Below are positions 59,669 to 64,000 of a stretch of 64,000 nucleotides of DNA, one piece after another. A program made the translations under genes and the position numbers. The stretch lies in assembly GCA_963662405.2 (NCBI GenBank), contig CAXXKT010000001.1, forward strand, positions 1,312,001-1,376,000, given 5' to 3'. Under the pieces are notes generated by a model, which ran no database searches, was not told the origin of the DNA, and saw nothing but the letters and a program-made list of their open reading frames with translations. Each line of letters starts with the position of its first letter. The first letter of the stretch is position 1. The DNA is from Syntrophales bacterium (GTDB lineage: Bacteria; Desulfobacterota; Syntrophia; Syntrophales; UBA2210).

Positions 59669-60544
59669 ATGCCGTTCGGACAGTTATTGATCGAGGGATT
59701 GGCCATGGGAGCCTGTTACGGCCTTTTTGGCCTCGCGGTGGTCATTATCTACAAGACGTCGGAAGTGGTCAATTTCGCCGCGGGAACGATGGCCATGCTG
59801 GCCACGTACATCGCCTTTCACGCCATGACCTTTTACGGATCCCCCTTCTGGCTTGCCTTTATCCTGGCACTGGTGTTCGCATCACTGCTCGGTGTATTCG
59901 TTGAGTTCTTCTTCCTTCGGCCCGCCAAGGATCCCACGCTCCTGGGTCTTATCGTCATCACCATCGGTGTCCAGCTGTTACTGGCCGGACTGGCGGGGTG
60001 GAAATGGACCGCCAACCAGCAGGCCTTCACCATCCCCTTCTCTTACCAGATCACCTATGAGCTGTTTGCCGGATTTGTCATTAGCCAGTGGGCCGCCGCC
60101 GTCTTCGTTATCGCCTTCATCATCATGACGTTTCTTTTTTTATTCTTCAAGTTCACGAAACTGGGAACGGCCATGCGGGCGACACAACAGAACAAGCACG
60201 CCGCGAAGATCATGGGTATTAAAACGGATCGCGTCTTTGCCTTTGCCTGGGCTTTAAGCTCCGTCATCGGTGTCACGGCCGCCATGCTCATTTCCGCACG
60301 AACCATCCTTGACCCCGATTTCATGATGGAGCCTTTTCTCCGGGCCTTTGCCGCGGCGGTTCTGGGTGGTCTCATGAGTATCCCCGGTGTCCTGATCGGC
60401 GGCGGTATCGTGGGGCTGTTGGAAAACTTTTTCGGCTACGCCTGGCCCTCGTGGAAACCTATTACGGCCTTTGTCATCATCGTGCTGGTCCTCTGTTTCC
60501 GGCCCAGCGGTCTATTCGCCAAGCATTATGTGAGGAAGGTCTAA
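59669..60544 (+). CDS. livH: Branched-chain amino-acid-type ABC permease (LivH-like)
   Basis: VVNFA, TKLGTAMRA, FAAAVLGG, RPSGLF. Confidence 0.85.
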   Translation: MPFGQLLIEGLAMGACYGLFGLAVVIIYKTSEVVNFAAGTMAMLATYIAFHAMTFYGSPFWLAFILALVFASLLGVFVEFFFLRPAKDPTLLGLIVITIGVQLLLAGLAGWKWTANQQAFTIPFSYQITYELFAGFVISQWAAAVFVIAFIIMTFLFLFFKFTKLGTAMRATQQNKHAAKIMGIKTDRVFAFAWALSSVIGVTAAMLISARTILDPDFMMEPFLRAFAAAVLGGLMSIPGVLIGGGIVGLLENFFGYAWPSWKPITAFVIIVLVLCFRPSGLFAKHYVRKV

Positions 60545-60548
60545 CCCC

Positions 60549-61034
60549 GTGATCGGCCGACCCAGCCATGCCGAGAGAAGAGTAAAACACCCCGGCGCTA
60601 CGATTGTCTCAGTGGTAATCTGCACGCTGGCGGTTGCTTCTTTTCTCCCTGCCTCGGCCCTCAGTGACACGATCTCGGGTGCGGAGGAGGCGGCCCTGGT
60701 GCTGGCGGCGCGGGAGTTTCTTGATGCCGAAATGAGGCAGGATTATCCGGCGGTATACCGCTGTTTTGCCCCTTCCTCTCCGTATGTCCACGAACACACC
60801 TACGATGATTACCTGCAGGATGCGCGGGTGTCGGAAGATCGCATCATGGCGTATACCATAGTTGGGGTTACCTATGTCCATGACAATGAAGACATGAAAA
60901 AATGGCCGGCCGTTGAACGATTCGCACAGGTCGAGGTGGAGATGACATTTTTGCACATACCGACCGATCGGCGGTCGGAGATCAATATCGGGTTCATTTT
61001 TTTCAAAGAGGGTGGAAAATGGTACAAGAGTTAG
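60549..61034 (+). CDS. Hypothetical exported protein (NTF2-like pattern)
   Basis: Signal-peptide-like N-terminus; C-terminal FFKEGGKWY strand; start uncertain. Confidence 0.5.
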   Translation: MIGRPSHAERRVKHPGATIVSVVICTLAVASFLPASALSDTISGAEEAALVLAAREFLDAEMRQDYPAVYRCFAPSSPYVHEHTYDDYLQDARVSEDRIMAYTIVGVTYVHDNEDMKKWPAVERFAQVEVEMTFLHIPTDRRSEINIGFIFFKEGGKWYKS

Positions 61035-61148
61035 CTTCTCATATACCGCAGGGGGAGAGGTGACAGGGGGCACGTATCTGCCCGACTGGAATGATGGGAA
61101 GAGGTAGCGGCGTTAATCGGATGTGTCAAAAGAAAAAGGAGGAACAAT

Positions 61149-62339
61149 ATGAATATGAAAAAAATGTTGATGGTTCTTTTCGTTCCCCTCCTGGCCCTGG
61201 CGCTTGTCGCTGATACTGGCCATGCCAAAAAGGAGCGAGGGTTTGACGACAAGGAGATCAGGGTGGGTCAGTGGGGGCCCCAGACAGGGCCTGCCGCTCC
61301 TTGGGGCTCGGTTGCCCGGGGAAGCACGCTTGTCTTTGACTTGGTCAATGAGGCGGGCGGGGTCCATGGCAGGCAGATCAAATACTTTATCAGGGACGAT
61401 CAGTACAATCCTTCCCAGACCATGGCGGGGGTGAGAGAACTGGTTGACCGAAAGGGGATTTTCGCCTTCGTAGGCGGCGTGGGGACCGCGTGCGGTCTTG
61501 CCGTGCAGAAGTACCTTCGCCAGAATGAGATCATCTGGATCGGCGTCTGTACCGGGGCACGCGCCTTTCAGGACAATCCCTGGCTGTGGCAGATGTGGCC
61601 CGATTATTTCGATGAAGGAAGTATCCTGGCAAAACACGCCGTCGAAAATATGAAATTCAAAAAAGTGGCCTACATGTACCAGAACGACGACTGGGGTCAT
61701 GATGCCCTGGCGGGAGTGAAGGCCGTCCTCAAGTTGAATAACATGGAACTGTTGGAGGCCGTTCCCGTAGAGCCCACCGAGCGGGATCTGTCGTCGCAGA
61801 TCGCCCGCATCAAGGCTTCGGGTGCGGAGGCGGTCATTGGAATCATGGCTCCCACCCAGGCGGCCATTGCACTTCGCACGGCGGTGTCCGTGGGGTTCCA
61901 TCCCCAGTGGCTCCATTCCTACAATCTGTGCGATTTTGCCCTCATGAGCCATATTACCGATGGCCTTTGGGCCAGCGAAGGGGTCATGACGGCGGCCTTT
62001 ACCCCTCCCATTGACGCGGACACACCTCTCATGAACAAGTACCGCGATGCGGCAAAGCGGCTGTATCCAAAGGAGCGGTGGGGCATTTTCTACCTGGCCG
62101 GCATATGCGTGGCAGAGCCGCTTGTCTGGGCTCTGGAGGCGGTAGGAAGAGACCTGAGTACAGAGGCGGTGAGGGACGCGCTCAATTCCGTCACGAAGCG
62201 TCAGGGAGTCGGCCCCGTCCTGACCTGGACGAAAGACAGTCATCTCCCCCCCCGGATGCTTCAGGTCTGGCAGTGCGGTCCCAAGGGAGAAACGATAGTC
62301 GTACAGGACTGGACAGAAAACACGTTGACCAGGAAGTGA
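61149..62339 (+). CDS. ABC transporter substrate-binding protein (LivJ/K-like, type I PBP)
   Basis: Signal peptide, PQTGPAA, NEAGGVHGR, DDQYNP, YQNDDWG. Confidence 0.9.
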   Translation: MNMKKMLMVLFVPLLALALVADTGHAKKERGFDDKEIRVGQWGPQTGPAAPWGSVARGSTLVFDLVNEAGGVHGRQIKYFIRDDQYNPSQTMAGVRELVDRKGIFAFVGGVGTACGLAVQKYLRQNEIIWIGVCTGARAFQDNPWLWQMWPDYFDEGSILAKHAVENMKFKKVAYMYQNDDWGHDALAGVKAVLKLNNMELLEAVPVEPTERDLSSQIARIKASGAEAVIGIMAPTQAAIALRTAVSVGFHPQWLHSYNLCDFALMSHITDGLWASEGVMTAAFTPPIDADTPLMNKYRDAAKRLYPKERWGIFYLAGICVAEPLVWALEAVGRDLSTEAVRDALNSVTKRQGVGPVLTWTKDSHLPPRMLQVWQCGPKGETIVVQDWTENTLTRK

Positions 62340-62547
62340 TTTGAATTCCGACAACGGTGGATTCGGCGGGATCGGGAACGGATCCCGCCGGGTTCACGGT
62401 TCTTGACACGGTATGGTGGAGATATGCCGGGGGAGGCCTTCCGGGCCATCCCCCCGGTGAGGACTGACCCCTGAATGGATGTGTCAGTTGATAACCCGGC
62501 ATGCTCCGGCGATAACGCTGCATTCGAGAAAGAGGGACTGATATTCC

Positions 62548-63327
62548 ATGGCCTATTTCAGCATCAAAAACTTGAGCATCAGTTTCGGCGGCTTAAAGGC
62601 GGTCAACGACATCAGCTTCGATGTCGAGAAGAATGAAATTTTTTCCATTATCGGGCCCAACGGTTCGGGGAAGACGACCATTTTCAACCTGATCAGCGGC
62701 ATCTATCGGCCCGATAAAGGTGTCGTTTTCATGGAGGGGGAGAACATGGTGGGGAAAACCCCCGACCGTATCGCCAAGCGGGGAATCGCTCGAACCTTCC
62801 AGAACATCGAACTCTTCGCGAATGCCACCGTCATGGACAATCTGATGCTCGGCCGGCATATCCACATGAAGACGGGGGTGTTCGGCGGTGCCTTCATGTT
62901 CGGTAAGTGGTCGCGGGCTGCCCGGGAGGAAGTGGGGCACCGGGAAAAGGTAGAAGAGATCATCGATTTTCTGGAACTTCAGTCCGTACGGGACCAGTTC
63001 GTGGGAAGCCTTGCCTACGGAAAACGCAAGCTTGTCGAGGTGGGCCGGGCCCTGGCGCTTGAACCGAAAGTAATGCTTCTCGACGAACCCTCCGCCGGAA
63101 TGAACACGGAAGAAAAGGACGACCTGACCATCTGGATAAAGGATATCCAGGAAGATTACAACGTGACGATCCTCCTGATAGAGCATGACATGAACATGAT
63201 CATGGGGATTTCCGATCGAGTGTTCGCCATGAACCAGGGGCAGAAGATCGTCCTCGGGACACCGCAGGAGGTACAGCGAAACACCGAAGTCATCAAGGCA
63301 TATCTCGGAGAGGAGGAGGTCAGCTGA
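62548..63327 (+). CDS. livG: ABC ATP-binding protein (LivG-like)
   Basis: FGGLKAV, GPNGSGKTT, RTFQN, LLDEPSAG, IEHDM, AYLG. Confidence 0.9.
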   Translation: MAYFSIKNLSISFGGLKAVNDISFDVEKNEIFSIIGPNGSGKTTIFNLISGIYRPDKGVVFMEGENMVGKTPDRIAKRGIARTFQNIELFANATVMDNLMLGRHIHMKTGVFGGAFMFGKWSRAAREEVGHREKVEEIIDFLELQSVRDQFVGSLAYGKRKLVEVGRALALEPKVMLLDEPSAGMNTEEKDDLTIWIKDIQEDYNVTILLIEHDMNMIMGISDRVFAMNQGQKIVLGTPQEVQRNTEVIKAYLGEEEVS

Positions 63328-64000
63328 TGCTGAAGGTGAACAATATCGAGACCTGGTACGACCTGATCCGGGCCCTGCACGGCATTTCCTTCGAGATCAA
63401 CAGGGGTGACGTGGTGGCCCTGCTGGGGTCGAATGGTGCGGGGAAAACAACGACCCTGAAGACGATCATGCGGCTCTTTTACGACCTGAAAGAGGAGCAG
63501 CCCGAAAAGGGAACCATCGAGTTTCTCGGCGAACGTATCGACCGGAAGGATACCGACGAAATCGTCAAGATGGGGATCGGCTATGTGCCGGAGGGACGGG
63601 AGGTCTTTCCCGAACTCACGGTCTTGGAGAATATCACCATCGGGGCGTACACCAGGAAAGACAAAGCCGGCGTGAAGAGTGATCTGGAAAACGTTTTCAA
63701 TCATTTCCCCATCCTCAAGGATCGAATAAAACAGCAGGCGGGATTAATGAGCGGAGGAGAACAGCAGATGCTGGCCATCGGGCGGGCCCTCATGAGCCGG
63801 CCCCAGTTGCTCATGCTTGACGAGCCGTCACTGGGTCTGTCCCCCATTTTGACACAGGAGATTTTCGGCATTATAAAAAACATCAATGAAAATGATGGGG
63901 TGACCGTTCTCCTGGTTGAGCAGAACGTCAACATGGCCCTTAAATACTCTCATTTCGCCTATCTTCTGGAGAATGGCAGAATCGTCCGTGCCGATAAACC
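63327..64000 (+). CDS. livF: ABC ATP-binding protein (LivF-like), 3'-truncated by window edge
   Basis: ATG overlaps the livG stop (TGATG); translation gives GSNGAGKTT, VPEGREVF, MSGGEQQMLAIGRALM, LDEPSLGL, VEQN; missing from the ORF track because it has no stop in the window. Confidence 0.9.
   Translation, partial: MLKVNNIETWYDLIRALHGISFEINRGDVVALLGSNGAGKTTTLKTIMRLFYDLKEEQPEKGTIEFLGERIDRKDTDEIVKMGIGYVPEGREVFPELTVLENITIGAYTRKDKAGVKSDLENVFNHFPILKDRIKQQAGLMSGGEQQMLAIGRALMSRPQLLMLDEPSLGLSPILTQEIFGIIKNINENDGVTVLLVEQNVNMALKYSHFAYLLENGRIVRADK

Noticed and set aside
61113..62354. 413-aa - strand ORF (likewise 419-1465, 32769-33812, 47210-48352, 56617-57675)
   Set aside because: Antisense shadows of well-supported genes, expected from codon bias.

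Overview
A gene-dense, moderately GC-rich bacterial chromosomal window. Gene content (NtrYX, TRAP and Liv-type transporters, rubrerythrin, 2[4Fe-4S] ferredoxin, IspH fusion) suggests an anaerobic Desulfobacterota/Syntrophales-like organism; this taxonomic call is an inference. Most of it is housekeeping: ntrY/ntrX, carB plus a purF-like gene, a polar amino-acid ABC operon with tRNA-Ala(CGC), ilvBN-ileS-lspA, TRAP dctPQM, hisI-G-B-[lipoprotein]-A-hit-yqeY-dnaG-rpoD, xseAB-ispA-dxs-tlyA-ispH, nifU-fdx-tmk-holB-PSP1-metG, and a Liv-type ABC operon running off the right edge. Two accessory patches occur. The first (~10.5-19 kb) holds a 12-repeat YWTD-like IPTL-CTERM surface protein and an SBP-PAS-HD-GYP gene flanked by two decayed copies of itself. 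The second (~24.9-26.3 kb) holds AhpD-like and GNAT genes and an IS-like end. No CRISPR, rRNA, intact transposase, phage or defence system was seen. The most notable observations: (1) the RpoD in the dnaG-rpoD locus has an in-frame but rewritten region 4.2 (-35 recognition helix), although the window contains perfect TTGACA-17-TATACT/TATTAT promoters; (2) a Leu/Val-rich, Ile-free leader peptide not in the ORF track controls a two-terminator relay attenuator upstream of an AHAS lacking the 2-ketobutyrate-specificity Trp; (3) IspH is fused to a UbiA-like membrane domain; (4) the PurF-like protein next to carB has a degenerate glutamine-binding site. All calls come from reading sequence and motifs by eye; no database searches were run.
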